Made by a program: the position numbers and the translations under genes. Under the pieces are notes generated by a model. It saw only the letters and a list, made by a program, of their open reading frames with translations. It was not told the DNA's origin and made no database searches. Shown here one piece after another: positions 1 through 12,514 of a stretch of 64,000 nucleotides of DNA; within the stretch, counting starts at the first letter, position 1; each line of letters starts with the position of its first letter. The stretch lies in the NCBI RefSeq assembly GCF_001194135.2, contig NC_068984.1:43114562-43178561 (forward strand), written 5' to 3'. This DNA is from Octopus bimaculoides (taxonomy: Eukaryota).

Positions 1-133
1 AGAATTAAGAAAACTATTTTTTAAAATTTTGCTTAAGCTTTGATTTTTTTTCTCTATCTTGCTTAAGCTTCATCAATTTTTTTATTATCATTTAAATATA
101 ATTATTTTTCTCTTTTGTTATTTTATTATGTAG

Positions 134-235
134 CTTTGTGATAGCAAGGAGGATGCTATTGATAGTGACCATGTTAATATGGAAATAGTTCATCCCACAA
201 CATCTGGTCAGTATTTTCACCTGCTCCGCAGACAG
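134..235 (+). CDS. DHTKD1: DHTKD1 internal coding exon ([34 protein letters not shown]); gene continues upstream of the window
   Basis: AG acceptor at 132-133 and GTAAG donor at 236; 102 nt, phase 0/0. [13 protein letters not shown] matches the DHTKD1 C-terminal region as I recall it and joins in frame to MVRNYRKP. Confidence 0.93.
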
Positions 236-1469
236 GTAAGTTTATTAAGATTATGAGGTTATAGACATGTTTAACAGTGCCATATCATCAATAAGATATT
301 TCTATAGATACTCACACTGGCTTATTAAAGCAACAGAATACCCTCTAGTGTGGCAAAATCTATTTTAGTCCAAAGTGGCGACAGTGATTCCACTTTGGTC
401 TCATATCAGTTGTTTGTTTATTAGGAAAGTTTGGTTATAATTTTAAGTGATATTCTGATAAATCAACAACTGACATTAAACTGAATATGACTGTAATCTG
501 AGAAATCATTAGGTTTCATATCTATCCTGATTGTTATTATTGTTTTGGGTAATCCCAAATTTCTTTCAATTGATGTTTTGCCTATGGCCATCTAATTTTT
601 ACTGTAAGGTAGCTTGTTTCAAGATTTAAGACTATATGCTTTTGTAACAGTTTCTTTGAAGGGAACAGGAATAGATGAAAAAATTCTATTGTCGATAATT
701 GAAATCTTAAAACTAGTTGGTCAAACTTGTGAAAAAAAAATTCTATTGATAATTGAAATCTTAACTCTTATAGTCAGACATATAAAAAAAAAAATCTTCG
801 TTTACGTGTGTTGGATTAATTAATATTTTGAAAAAGGCTGTATGATTCATAGAGAGTGACCTCCCTTGAACTTTCAGATTTCATTTTACTTTGTAAAAAA
901 AAAAAAAAAGAAATATAGTAAGAAATTGACAGATTTCAGCCAATGGATCTATATACATAATATACATATTTCAAAACATTTATTTTATTTCTTATAAATT
1001 TTAAGCTCAGCGTTCAAGACTATTATCATCACTTCTCTGTAGTGTTTTGATTGTTAAAGGCACAAAATTTATTGGATTTCTTTTTGTTAGTTAGCTGCAA
1101 TTATCAATAAGGATGGTCAAATTCATTAATCCTGACGCTTTTCAGTGCTTTCCAAAACTTTAAACTTTTCTTCTATTTTTAGTAAAAAAAAACCTTAAAA
1201 TCTGCTCATTTTGTTTCTTTACATCACATGCAATTGATTTGACTAATTCTGTTATAAATTCCTCCTTTTGAAGCATACATAATGGTTTATGTTTATTAGC
1301 ACTAGCATCATCATGTGCACCTCTGTTATCCATTGGATAACATTTGAAGGGCTAAAATCCAATTAAATATTAGAAATTAGCAAGACTTAATCACTGATAT
1401 AATAATATTCTGCTCAATACCACAGATTTTCTTGTCAGTTGTTTGACCTTAACCCTGTTCAGCATGTCT

Positions 1470-1866
1470 CTTAGTGGCTAACGACATGTGCATCTCTGAG
1501 AACGAGCAGAAGTAGTTGGGGAGCATCATAGCCATGTGTTGAGAGGAATTCTTTGGAGTTTGAATAATTCACCTTTGGAAACATGGGTGTTTCCTTCAAC
1601 ATCCTTAAACAACTCTTATTCAGGAACCGTTTGCACGGGATGGGCTACTCAACCTGAAGAAAATTCTAACTGGACCCCACCTGCAAAGTCATGCACTTTT
1701 TACTTTGATATGAGATTTTCATGTCGCACACATATGGTTGTGATGCATGTGCCTGGTGTACCCTTATCAGATGGGTAGTCATGATGGGTATACTGGGCTT
1801 CATATATTGCACCCTAGTGTCACTTTGATGGCATGCACTACTCTCTCACTCAATAATAATAATAAT
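1470..1866 (+). mobile_element. Interspersed repeat, probable 3' end of a non-LTR retroelement with (AAT)n tail
   Basis: GC-richer block ending CTCTCTCACTC(AAT)5. It resembles a common octopus repeat 3' end as I recall it; the clade is not assignable from this sequence. Confidence 0.5.
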
Positions 1867-3002
1867 GAAATTATTGTGTATAATGCTCAGGTGCACTACA
1901 GCTCATCAAAGGTGCATGTACAGTACATAGAATTATGTACACAAGTCAGGAAAGTGAACAATGTATGAGTCATGATATACATGTGTGCATGTATATGGAG
2001 GGGGGGTATCAGGTGTAGTATTGAGAAATTTCAGGAAGCATGGAGGTTTTAAAAGATGTGATGTTTCAACAACTAACAACTGATGCAGGTCGTTTGTTCC
2101 ATGCTTCAGCAACTTTGAACATGAAAAAATGTTTCCGAAAGTCAGGTGAGCTGTGCTGTATTCTGATTTTGTAGGCGTACCCTTGTGTGTTAGACACATG
2201 GAGCTCAAAAAGGTGCTCAAAGGGTTGTTGGCATGACGGTTAATAATTTTGTGGGTGTTTACCAAGTCAGTTGCCAGGTGTCTGAGCTTCAATGTATCTA
2301 TGCCCAGGGAAGCAAAGCATTCAGAGTATGCCTGACAGAGGGTATTGGCTTGGTTGCACATCTCTGAACAGTTTCCAGAAGGTCAATGTCCTGAGCAAGA
2401 TAGGGATTCCAGACTGGTGATGCAAATTTCAAGTGTGGCCACGCCATAGCCATATACAGCCTTAAATACATAGCTGGAGAACGGCTGACAAAGGTCTTGC
2501 TGAGTCATGCCAAGACACCCTCATCCTTCTTGACAGTTTTAGAGAAGTGCTTTGTCCAGTGCAAATCCCTGCTGACAGTAATGCCCAGGTCACATTCACA
2601 AGAAGGTTTCTTGATATTAGTATTGTGGAGAGAGTATGTGGATGCTGGGTTTTTCCTCCCAAAATGCATGGTGGTACGCATGTCCACAGCCAGCTTGAGT
2701 TGCCAGTCCACAATCAATTGTTGTATTGTGTCCAGTTCCAATTGCAGGAAAGATCTATAGAGTTCAGGATCTGTCCTTTTTATCTCAAAGTACAGCTTAA
2801 TGTCATCTGCATATTTCAGTGTTGTGGCATTCTTTAAGTTGGCATCTCTGTCATTAAAGTATGCAACAAACAAAAGAGGACCAAGAGCAGATCCCTGCGG
2901 TACACCAGATGACATTGTATAGGGTGAAGAATGCTGTCCTTTGTAAACAAAGTTTGGTGGTTTAACATTGCTAACACCATACTCTCTCCTGTTCTCCCTC
3001 AC
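1852..3002 (-). mobile_element. 5'-truncated, frameshifted CR1/L2-type LINE (RT C-terminal half and 3' UTR with (ATT)n tail)
   Basis: ORF 2505-3002(-) contains SGVPQGSALGPLLF and KYADDIKL (non-LTR RT motifs). ORF 1933-2361(-) continues with LGIDTLKLRHLATDL. The minus strand ends in (ATT)5 at 1866-1852. Confidence 0.88.
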
Positions 3003-3648
3003 AGTTATGGAGGTTTTTTAGTCTTGTGAGTTATGAAGTAATATTTCTAGTGTTGATGCCATAAAAAAAGCACCCATTTCACTCTGTAAAGTGTTTGGCA
3101 TACAGTGGGCATATGAGTATAGAAATTGCTAAATTTGAAATATTGTAGCAAGATGTGATCATCCAATCTGTTAGATCCTGTTTAACTATTTAACCCATAC
3201 CAGCAAGGATAATGATAATAACAATTGATAATGATTGATTAATTGATTGATTTTTCACTTCAAGTAATTCTAAATTTTGCTTTGTTTCTAAATATGTTTT
3301 AAGGGGCAGCCTATGTAACATATCAGTATTATATAGTTGACATGAGTTAACTATTAGACCATATTTTACTATTCATTCTATTGACAATTGTGGTTTGGAG
3401 GTTTTTTTATTGGAAATAAAAGTCAAATTTCTGGAAATGTTGCATATTTTAATGTTGACAGAATGAAACTAAAATAAGTTTATAAACAAGTTTCACAGTT
3501 AGCTGTAGCACACACTACACAATGATTGGTCATTCTTAGAATTTCATTGCGGTTTATGGAGCCTAGTCTCTCCATAAAATCTATCTTCTGTTTTTCAGTC
3601 TTGCATTTCTAATATATTTTTCAAGTAAATTAACATATTTCATTGCAG

Positions 3649-3894
3649 ATGGTGAGAAATTACCGCAAACCCTTGATAGTTGCAGCACCAAAAACTTTGC
3701 TGAGACTTTCTAGTGCAGCGTCTTCTTTACTTGATATGGCACCTGGAACTTGCTACCAGCCTGTCCTAGGAGACAACAAAGTTAACCCAGAGTCTGTTAC
3801 TAGATTAGTGTTTTGTTCTGGCAAACATTTCTATGCATTAAACAAACAAAGAGATGCTTCAAACAGTCACAATGTAGCCATTATTAGACTTGAA
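3649..3894 (+). CDS. DHTKD1: DHTKD1 coding exon ([20 protein letters not shown]...[10 protein letters not shown]...AIIRLE)
   Basis: TTGCAG acceptor, GTAAGT donor at 3895; 246 nt, phase 0/0. The QMVRNxRKPLIVAxPKxLLRL and FCSGKHFY motifs fit DHTKD1 better than OGDH. Confidence 0.96.
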
Positions 3895-3954
3895 GTAAGT
3901 AAGAGTTTATTTCTTCTTTTCTGAACTTTTATATTCTGAATATTTAGGTACAGA

Positions 3955-4104
3955 CTTGGCTATGTGGTAAAAAGTTTGCTTCTCGGTTACATGGTCTCAG
4001 GTTCTCTCCCACTACATGGCACCTTGGGCAAGTATCTTCTACTATAGCCTGAAGTTGACCAAAGCCTTGTGAATGGATTTGGTTGACAGAAACTGAAAGA
4101 AGCC

Positions 4105-4146
<42 letters not shown>

Positions 4147-4360
4147 CTTCATTTCTTGTGATGGCTGTAAATGAGTGTCACTGTCATACAAGCAGTGTTC
4201 TTCACTTCCAATCTTCCATGAAAACATATCTAATGATGGGGGATATATAAACTTACTTAGAAACAGGTGAGGGTTGGTGACAGGAAGGGTATCCAACTAC
4301 AGAAAATCTGCCTCATTGAATTTCATCTGACCCATGCAAACATGAAAATGATGATTACGA
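3955..4360 (+). mobile_element. tRNA-head SINE (family A head) with central (TG)n and a (GAT)n-type 3' tail
   Basis: Head TGGCTATGTGGTAA...GGCACCTTGGGCAAG recurs at 5233, 8360(-), 42830(-) and 59570(-). (TG)n at about 4106-4145; ends ACCCATGCAAACATGAAAATGATGAT. Confidence 0.75.
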
Positions 4361-6231
4361 TAACAATCTGTAGAAATAAAACCCACAACAATACATTCAA
4401 TAACAGGAGACCTTCTGAAGAATTTTATAGTTATTTGGGGAACAAAATACACTCTTAATTCCATGCTCATGGAAGAATTAGTATTCATTTAATATTTACT
4501 GGAGAATTAGTACTACCAGTTACAGTCATGACTACAAACTATTTAAAAATGGAATAAATTGGTTTATCATGAAAAAGAGGAAAAGTTTAATGTTCCAAGC
4601 AGGATCTTCTGATGAAGTATCTTAGCTGAAACATTTGATTTTCCTCTTCCACTCAGCAAACCAATTTATTCCACTTTTGACGTATGTGTATTTACCATTT
4701 ATTAATGTAGATCATCACTAATTTCTCCTGCTGTTTACTTTAGAGTCAGGATTAGCTAAGTTGACAGAGTGACAGTTTGTAGTCTATCACTAGCTTTTTG
4801 CTCTATCTCTTACAAGAACATTTAAATATTAATTGTCCTAGATGTATGTAGGAAGCACGAGGTAATTTAATGTCAACAGTGTGACACTGGATAATTGCCA
4901 ATTGTTTTGTTAGCCAACAGTGCTAACTATTGTAGTGTATTTTTACTCCTCTTGGCAAACAAATAAATTATGGGATATTACATGTATATTACATACTCTG
5001 CACTTTAATAAAACTTTTCTAGCTACTCTTGGCTGTTCTAAAACTTTTGTGAGTTTCCTGAGCTGCACTAATTCTGACCAGATTGTCCTTATAGCATGTT
5101 GTATGAGTTTCACAAAATGTGGTCCATTGTCTATGGAGATCTTTCAGTATCATCATTGTACACTGTAGCACCCTCAGCTACAGTTTGTTACCATATATCC
5201 ATCTGGGAGAAATAACTGATACTTCCAAACACATACATGTAAGCATGGTTGTGTGGTTTAGAAGCTCACTTGGCAAACACATGGTTCTGGGTTCAGTCCA
5301 TTGCACAACACCTTGGGTAGATGTCTTTACTATAGCAGATTAAGGTTGACTCAAGTCTTTTGACTGAGAATCTTTGTGGAAGCCTTTCAGATGAATTGTA
5401 CTTTTAATTCAAAGTTCCATCTTTTTTCATATATTATGTTAGGCCAATCTTGCCTTGAGAATTACATTATGGGTACACACATCTGTGAGATAATCAGCCA
5501 CTTAGATATTAATTTAAAGTGGGCACTAGCAACCTTTCTCAAGAAATGGGCCATATGAGACAAGGCTCATCATGTGACCAACACTACTGAAAAGACTCAG
5601 GGTAATTTTTCATAGGCATGCCATTTAGACAATGTGGTTCTGTCTGTTAGCAAAGGCACTACTGGGATAAAAGTGAAGCAACTTCACTAAGATTAAATTT
5701 TCTTTGTAAGGGAGTTAATTCCTTGATGTTCTGACATTTTTAAAGTCAGTTGATGGAAACCGATCTAAGAGAAATGCTCATCTAGGTAAAAAATGAGTCA
5801 GTTCTGTTGATTGATATCTCCACAAGAAGTTATGACAGAGCAGAGTCAGCTGAATGCATTTAGAAAGGATCTGCATATGCAAGGAGTTTGACTAAAACAA
5901 CTATCACCTCCAACATAGCAATAGCTGAATTCCTAAATATTATACTAGACCTTATGACAAATAAGCTTCCCCTTTAAAGGAAACCAAATGAGGAGACAGT
6001 GTACCAAGGTCAACTTTGCCTTTCATCCAATCAGGCTTCTTTAAGTAAGTACCAGTGCAGTACTGGGGCCGATTTAATCAACTATCCCCACTCACCAAAA
6101 TTTCAGGCCTTGTGCCAATTGTAGAAAGGATTATTATTATTACTACTACTACTACTACTACTATTGTTGTTGTTGTTGCTGTTGCTGTTGCTGTTGTTGT
6201 TGTTATTGAAAAAAAAAAAGAAGTTAGTCAC

Positions 6232-6452
6232 TGCAGCAAACTGGCAGATTCATTAGCATGCCGAACAAAATGCTTAGTGGCATTTCATCCATCTATACAT
6301 TCTGAGTACAAATTCCACCAAGATTGGCCTTGTCTTCCATCGTTTTGGGAGTCAATAAAATAAGTACTAATTATGCACTGAGGTTAATGTAATCAACTTA
6401 CCTCCTCGCACCAAAATTTTCGGGCTTTTTGCTGAAAGTAGGAAGGATTATT
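6232..6452 (+). mobile_element. tRNA-head SINE (family C), preceded by a partial copy at about 6005-6207
   Basis: GCAGC.AACTGGCAGA...CTGAGT.CAAATTCC...GCCTTTCATCC...AAGTAC motif recurs at about 12770-12990, 19250-19455, 31251-31480 and 60305-60510 on +, and about 9862-9990 on -. Confidence 0.75.
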
Positions 6453-6718
6453 AAGTTAATCAGTGGTGGAGACTGTGAATGTGATCTTTGCATCTCCCCT
6501 TGACTTGGGAGATTTTGATGCAGGTAATGCTCATCATAAACACCTGCCCATAAACAAATGTTTTTATGGAAAGCATTGCTGAGAGGTAATAGGGTTCTAG
6601 TTTGGATGTTTGCAGCAAAGTGTAAACTCCACTTAGAGCATCCAATTGAAGGACTGGGTACTGGTATTAAAATTCTTTGTTTATGCTTTATCCTTCTTTT
6701 TATTATATTTTATTCCAG

Positions 6719-6782
6719 AGCCTTTGTCCATTCCCTGTTGCAGACTTATTAAAGGAAATTAAGAAATATCCCAAAGCAAAAG
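6719..6782 (+). CDS. DHTKD1: DHTKD1 coding exon (SLCPFPVADLLKEIKKYPKAK)
   Basis: Pyrimidine tract plus CCAG acceptor, GTATAA donor at 6783; 64 nt, ends in phase 1. LCPFP motif follows IIRLE. Confidence 0.92.
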
Positions 6783-6879
6783 GTATAACATTGCTTTCTT
6801 TCATTTTCTTTCATAATTTTGGTTTTGTAATTGAATAGAATACTAACAAAAGTGGCAACTACATCTTTTTTTCTTTTGG

Positions 6880-6990
6880 TTGATATAAATTACTTCTAAG
6901 TTGATTCAGATCATCTTCAAGTTGATATAAATTGCCATCAAGTTGATATAACACATCCCCAAGTTTATATAAAATACCACCAAATTGATT
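6880..6990. repeat. Degenerate minisatellite of about 21 bp (AAGTTGATATAAAT...)
   Basis: About five units with a recurrent AAGTTGATATAA core. Confidence 0.65.
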
Positions 6991-7539
6991 ATCAATTGTT
7001 TCTGTTACAATGTGATGTGGAAAATCAAACTGGAAAAAATGACCAGATGGATTCTTGAAATGTGCTGACCTACAAAGAAAGGTGTTCTAGCCTTGACCAT
7101 CCCATTTTCCCCAGATACCTTGTATCCAAGACTACATTACACAATACACAATAAAAATAACAAGATGAGATTTGACTACCATTTTTAGCAGGCCAAGGCT
7201 CTCTCAATGGCTCAAATGAAGCCCAGTAAATGGTAAGGTCAATTTAATCTACTCTGTCTTCCTCGGAACTTACTCTAAAAAAAATATCATTATCGTTTCT
7301 GTCCCATCAAGACTGTGCGAGATTAAATGTATTGCATAATACAGTAATTCTCAGTCTTTTTGACTTTTTGGTGCACTAAAAGTCAAACAAAAGATTGCTG
7401 GTAAAATCTTTTGCAAGGAACTTCATCAAAAGTCTGTTTTAAAGTTAAATAATTAGAAAATGTATAGAAATCTGTTGCATATATTATTTTATTAATTGTA
7501 TTTGTTTATAACAAAATTGTGAATAACACTCAGATAGGA

Positions 7540-7858
7540 TTAACCTTTTAGCATTTAATGCAGCAATGCCGGCCCATGTAGTGTCGAAAGGGATTATCAA
7601 TGGAATTCCAACCAACCATAGGTTGGTTGAAGGATGATGAGCATTTAATCCTGCCATATATGGCCCAAATATTCTACTTGTTTTATGTTAAAACTAACTA
7701 AATCCAACCTCTCAAACCTACTCTACAATGTCATTCTAAAACTAAAACCATCACATCATTGAAATCTTGAAACTATGAAATAATGCATGATTAATTCAAA
7801 ACAATGTGAACAAATAAGCATTACTTTTGACAAAGAAAGATGAATGCTAAAGGCTTAA
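7540..7858. mobile_element. TTAA-flanked MITE (piggyBac-like ends) carrying an 81-bp nested retro-insert
   Basis: TTAA|CCTTTTAGCATT ... AATGCTAAAGGC|TTAA. The body matches copies at 20705, 38077 and 52704. Confidence 0.75.
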
Positions 7859-7989
7859 AGATTACCTAAAGCTTTAAATTGTACTTTTAAGAAACCATGA
7901 TATCCTTGTAGATATCCTACCAATGTGTTGCAGCTGTATTTGAGAACTTGCAACTCTTGGTTTTTAAACTGAGTGTGGTAATACTCCTA

Positions 7990-8191
7990 TCCATTTTACT
8001 CTTTTACTTTTATTTGTTTCAATCATTTGATTGCAGCCATGCTGGAGCACCACCTTTAGTCGAACAAATTGATCCCAGGACTTATTCAACCGGTCTCTTT
8101 TGCCGAACTGCTAAGTTACGAGAATGTAAACACACCAGCATCGGTTGTCAAGCGATGGTGGGCAGGGACTAACACAGACACAGAAACACAC

Positions 8192-8222
<31 letters not shown>

Positions 8223-8365
8223 TATGATGGACTTCTTTCAGTTTCCATCTACCAAGTTCAGCCCAAGGCTATAGTAGAAGGCACTTGCCTAAGGTGCCAT
8301 GCAGCAGGACTGAACCCGGAACCATGTGGTTGGTAAGCAAGCTACTTACCACACAGCTGCTGTGC
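7990..8365 (-). mobile_element. Near full-length tRNA-head SINE (family A head, central (TA)n, purine-rich AAAAGAGT-type tail)
   Basis: Reverse complement starts with the same head as 3955. A similar copy lies at about 59205-59570(-). Confidence 0.8.
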
Positions 8366-8565
8366 ATGTAGAATTCATGTTAGATTCTTTTTTAGGTCAT
8401 TTATATTTATCTTTCAATAAAGGCAGCTATGACTGACTTGATATAAATGCTAAGATTACTTATTAATAGCGTCACATACATTCCTTCAGGATTGATGTTT
8501 ATCTTCACATTTCAAGCATATTAAGAATACACTTGCTTTAGTTTTTTTTGTTTTCTACTTTGCAG

Positions 8566-8651
8566 AGTTTATTTGGAGTCAAGAAGAACATCGAAATATG
8601 GGACCTTGGAGTTTTGTAGCACCAAGATTTCAGAATCTTTTAGCCTGTAAA
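8566..8651 (+). CDS. DHTKD1: DHTKD1 coding exon ([29 protein letters not shown])
   Basis: TTTGCAG acceptor, GTAAGT donor at 8652; 86 nt, phase 1/0. Carries the WSQEExxNMGPW motif of 2-oxoacid dehydrogenase E1. Confidence 0.95.
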
Positions 8652-10893
8652 GTAAGTTATCTTCAAATACCTGTAATATCATCATCTTAACATCCACTTT
8701 TCCCTGCTTACAGGAGTTGGACAGAATTTGTTGAGGCAGATTTTCTCCAGCCAGCTACCTTTCCTATTCTTGACTCTCACCTGTTTCCAAGTAAGGTAAT
8801 ATTCACCCATGACCAGACATGTTGTCATGGAAGATTGGATACTGTTTGCACGACATTGACACTTGTTTATATTGTCATGCAATGTCAAGGCAAGGATACA
8901 GTAATAAACACACATGTATATGATGGGCTTCTTTCAGTTTCCATCTACCAAATCCACTGACAAGACTGGTCAGCCTCAGCTTATGCTAGAAGGCAAACTC
9001 TGAAATCAAACCCAGAACCCAATGGTTATCCTTTAAAGACACATAACTGAGTTTATCCTATTTAAGATTTGAAAATAGATTGCTATTTGTTTCAATTTAT
9101 CTTTCAAATTGTTGTTGTTGCTTAGTTGCATAGCAACCCATGATCAAACCATCTATTTATATATCAAACTATGTTATTTAATGTGTCCTTCTGTAAAAAA
9201 TATGATTTAAAGAAATTTGGCTGCTATTTCTAGCAGGTTAAGCTACCCATACAAACTTCCTTGTTAGCTTGGCTAACAAACTGTTTTTGCTCCTTTGGAT
9301 GTTTTCTCCCTTAACACAGTCAGTACTACCGTTACTTTTTTGGTGTTTGACACTTGTACATTCAGACAATATTACATAACCAAGAAAGGTAGTCACAGAG
9401 TTGTAGTTGTTACTTAGGCCAAGCCAAACCTTGGCCCTGCGTGTCAGCCATCACTATCCAGTCCTTTTGTATTTTCAAGTCTATATTGCCAAATGTATCT
9501 TCTTTTTTGCGTTTAATAATAAGATAGTATTATTTGAGGAAAATTTGGCTGCTACTTCTCACAGATTAAGCAGCTGTGGAGAAGCTCTCTTGGATTGTTG
9601 TTGTTGCATTTTTAGGAAGCTCTTCATCTGAGAGAATAAAGCAATAAATAAGGTCTGTATTTTCTACCTATGCTAGTGTTGAAGTCAGCAAAAAGAATGA
9701 CGTCAACAGCAGTTTAATGGAGTTTTTTTTTAATGAGAGAAATCAGTCAAAGTTGGAATGTGATATTGGAATGCTTGCTCATTTCTGAAAGGCATTAGCA
9801 GACTAATGGAAATAAAAAGGCTTCAGACAAACTTAAAACTAGATTAGTCAATTACATTGACCCGAATACATGACTAATATTTTATCAACTCAGTGGGGAT
9901 GAAAGGCAATGTTGGCCCTAGCAGGATTTGAACTCAGAATGTAAAGAGCTGGAACAAATACCACAAAGCATTTTTTCTGATGCTGTAATAATTCTTCCAC
10001 CCCAGAAGAACCCTCAACTTGTTATGGCACTGACCAGAAGTAACCAAACTGCACATCAGAACGGACGCTTGCATGTCCCTAACCATCCAAAGGCTCAATG
10101 TCACTTTGGAGGATACAGAGAGGTGGCATGGGACTGCCATCAAAGGGGGCTTACTGGTGGACCCGGTCGGCCCTACATACAATAATGCTTCTGGGACCGC
10201 TAACCTGGGATGATCCCAGTCCCATAGAGCAGGAGTGCAGAACAGAGAGGGGCAACTCCACCAACCTAGTAGCATGTAACAAACCCAATTTATAAGGGGA
10301 GAGTGTTTTCTCAACCCTGAAAGGATGAATAACAAAGCTGACCTGAGTATGATTTGAACACAGGACATAAATAGCAGGAACTAAATATCATGAGATGTGT
10401 TGTCCAAGACTAATGATTTGACCAATCTACCACTCTATAAAAAAACAAACAAAAAAAAAAATCTAAAATTACAAAACAGGAAAAGTTTAATTTTAGGCAC
10501 TTCCTGTTTACTGAGCAAAATTATTCTGAAGTTTTGCTTTTAGAATCAAACTACAAATGTGTATCATTTATTACTCTTTATTAATAACTGCTCCTACTTA
10601 AGAGGAACTTCCTTCTGTAATTACTATGCAAAGACACAAGGTGGTCTGCAATTATGGGGAATTCTATTCTGATTTGCTCTTCATAACACAACACACTAGA
10701 ATTGTTTCCAGTTCTTAATTTTGAATGAAATTGCATTGTTACTGATGATAATATAAGGCCACAGAAGAGGAAGGAAAACTACACTTTATTTTTTTTTCTT
10801 TCAATACTCACTATAAGAGATGTGATCTTTACTTTAAGCATTTGTCTAAGTAATCATTATTATGAAGCTGTTGGATACTAGTTTTCAAATGCT

Positions 10894-11052
10894 ATCATCA
10901 TCATCATCGTTTAACGTCTGCTTTCCATGCTAGCATGGGTTGGACAATTTGACCGAGGACTGGTGGACCAGGAGGCGACACCAGGCTCCAATCTGATTTG
11001 GCAGTGTTTCTACAGCTGGATGCCCTTCCTAACGCCAACCACTCCGAGAGTG
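10894..11052 (-). mobile_element. 5'-truncated (GAT)n-tailed SINE (family B)
   Basis: (ATC)n-GTTTAACGTCTGCTTTCCATGCTAGCATGGGTTGG is the reverse complement of the 3' ends at 24530-24740 and 39793-40124. Confidence 0.85.
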
Positions 11053-12476
11053 TTTCTTCATTTTCCTTTGGTCAATAAGAACAAGATATTGATGTTCAAG
11101 TAATTTATATTCTTATAAAACCCATAAACCTTTTACCTCTAATTAAAGAGCCAAATTAGCCGAGTGATTAGATGAGTAGTTATTTCAGCCAGGTCAACTA
11201 ATTGAATAGACCTACTATGAAAGGCGTTCCAATCAGGACCACCTCATCTTATATTCCATGCTTAATCTATGAATGCAAATATGACTGATTAAAAAAAAGT
11301 TCACTTTGCAACTGTTGTTTCAGGTTCACTGCACAACCCCTTCAGCAAGTGTCTCCTACAATAAATTTATAATTGAAATTTGGTAGACAGAAGCTGTGAT
11401 AGGCTCTCAAAAAAAAAAAAAAAAAAAAAGGGACCATTCTTGTTGTTGGGGTATAGACTGTAATCCATCATCTGGGCCTTTATCAGAATAAACTATTGCA
11501 GTTATTCAGTCTACATCTCTGGTAGGTGGAAGTTATCCTGAAAAATATTCATGGGGTTGCTTTTCCTTCTGTCCAAACCATGTAAAACAGAATAAGCAGT
11601 TTATCTGTCTTTTCTTCTTTACTTTTAAACATCTTTGGGTCTATGATATGTTTTAAAGTGATCTAACATAGAATTCCATTTATGTTTCGAACAAACTTAA
11701 AGTTCTTTTGCTAGTCTTATTTTCAAAATTAACTGCAACAAGGGCATTGCATTTTCAACAAAAGGGTTAATCAGGAGACAGGATTTGAGTAAGATTTGGC
11801 AGTTATTTCTCACAGGTTGAGTAGCTATAGAAACTCTTTTGTTGGCTCATATATCAATGGTTATTAGATCCATATTTCCCCACCTTGCTTTTCTCAAACC
11901 TTTCTGCTTACCTTAAAAATTGCATTGAGTTGAGCTTTTTCCACCTTCATTCAGGTCTTCAACTACTGGTCAAATTTCAAGCTAATTATAATAAATTAAT
12001 GAAAAAGAATCTCATTTCAAGGAGACTAAGCACCAGAAATAATTGCAGTAAAAGTTTAGTAAGGAAAAAAAAAATTTTTTTAGGGATTAAATAACTCCCT
12101 CCAGTTGAAAAAGGGAGACAACTTCAAGAATTTCCATCGTCATGGGAAGTAAAACAATTAACCTTCCTTATTGGCCCTCTAATAGTTTACAATAGAGAAA
12201 TATTCATCAAGAACAGGAACTAAGATTGATAATTGAATTATGCATTAACTGAACGACAGAGAAAACTGTCCTCAAAGAGAGAGAGAAAGAGAATCAACAC
12301 AGGTAATGCAAAAAATGAAGTAAATGCTATGGATTTTGTCTAGAAGGTTAGAAACAACTTCTGAATAGCATAGTGGTTTTTCAGAATTGACAAAACCAAT
12401 TTAGAGTGGATATAGCAGAATTATAGACTAAGAATTAAAGTCTTTAATGTGGGAATATATGGACTAGGTGAGTGTG

Positions 12477-12514
<38 letters not shown>

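Noticed and set aside
678-790. Imperfect tandem duplication of about 55 bp
   Set aside because: Ordinary local intronic duplication; the overlapping 69-aa ORF is a by-product.
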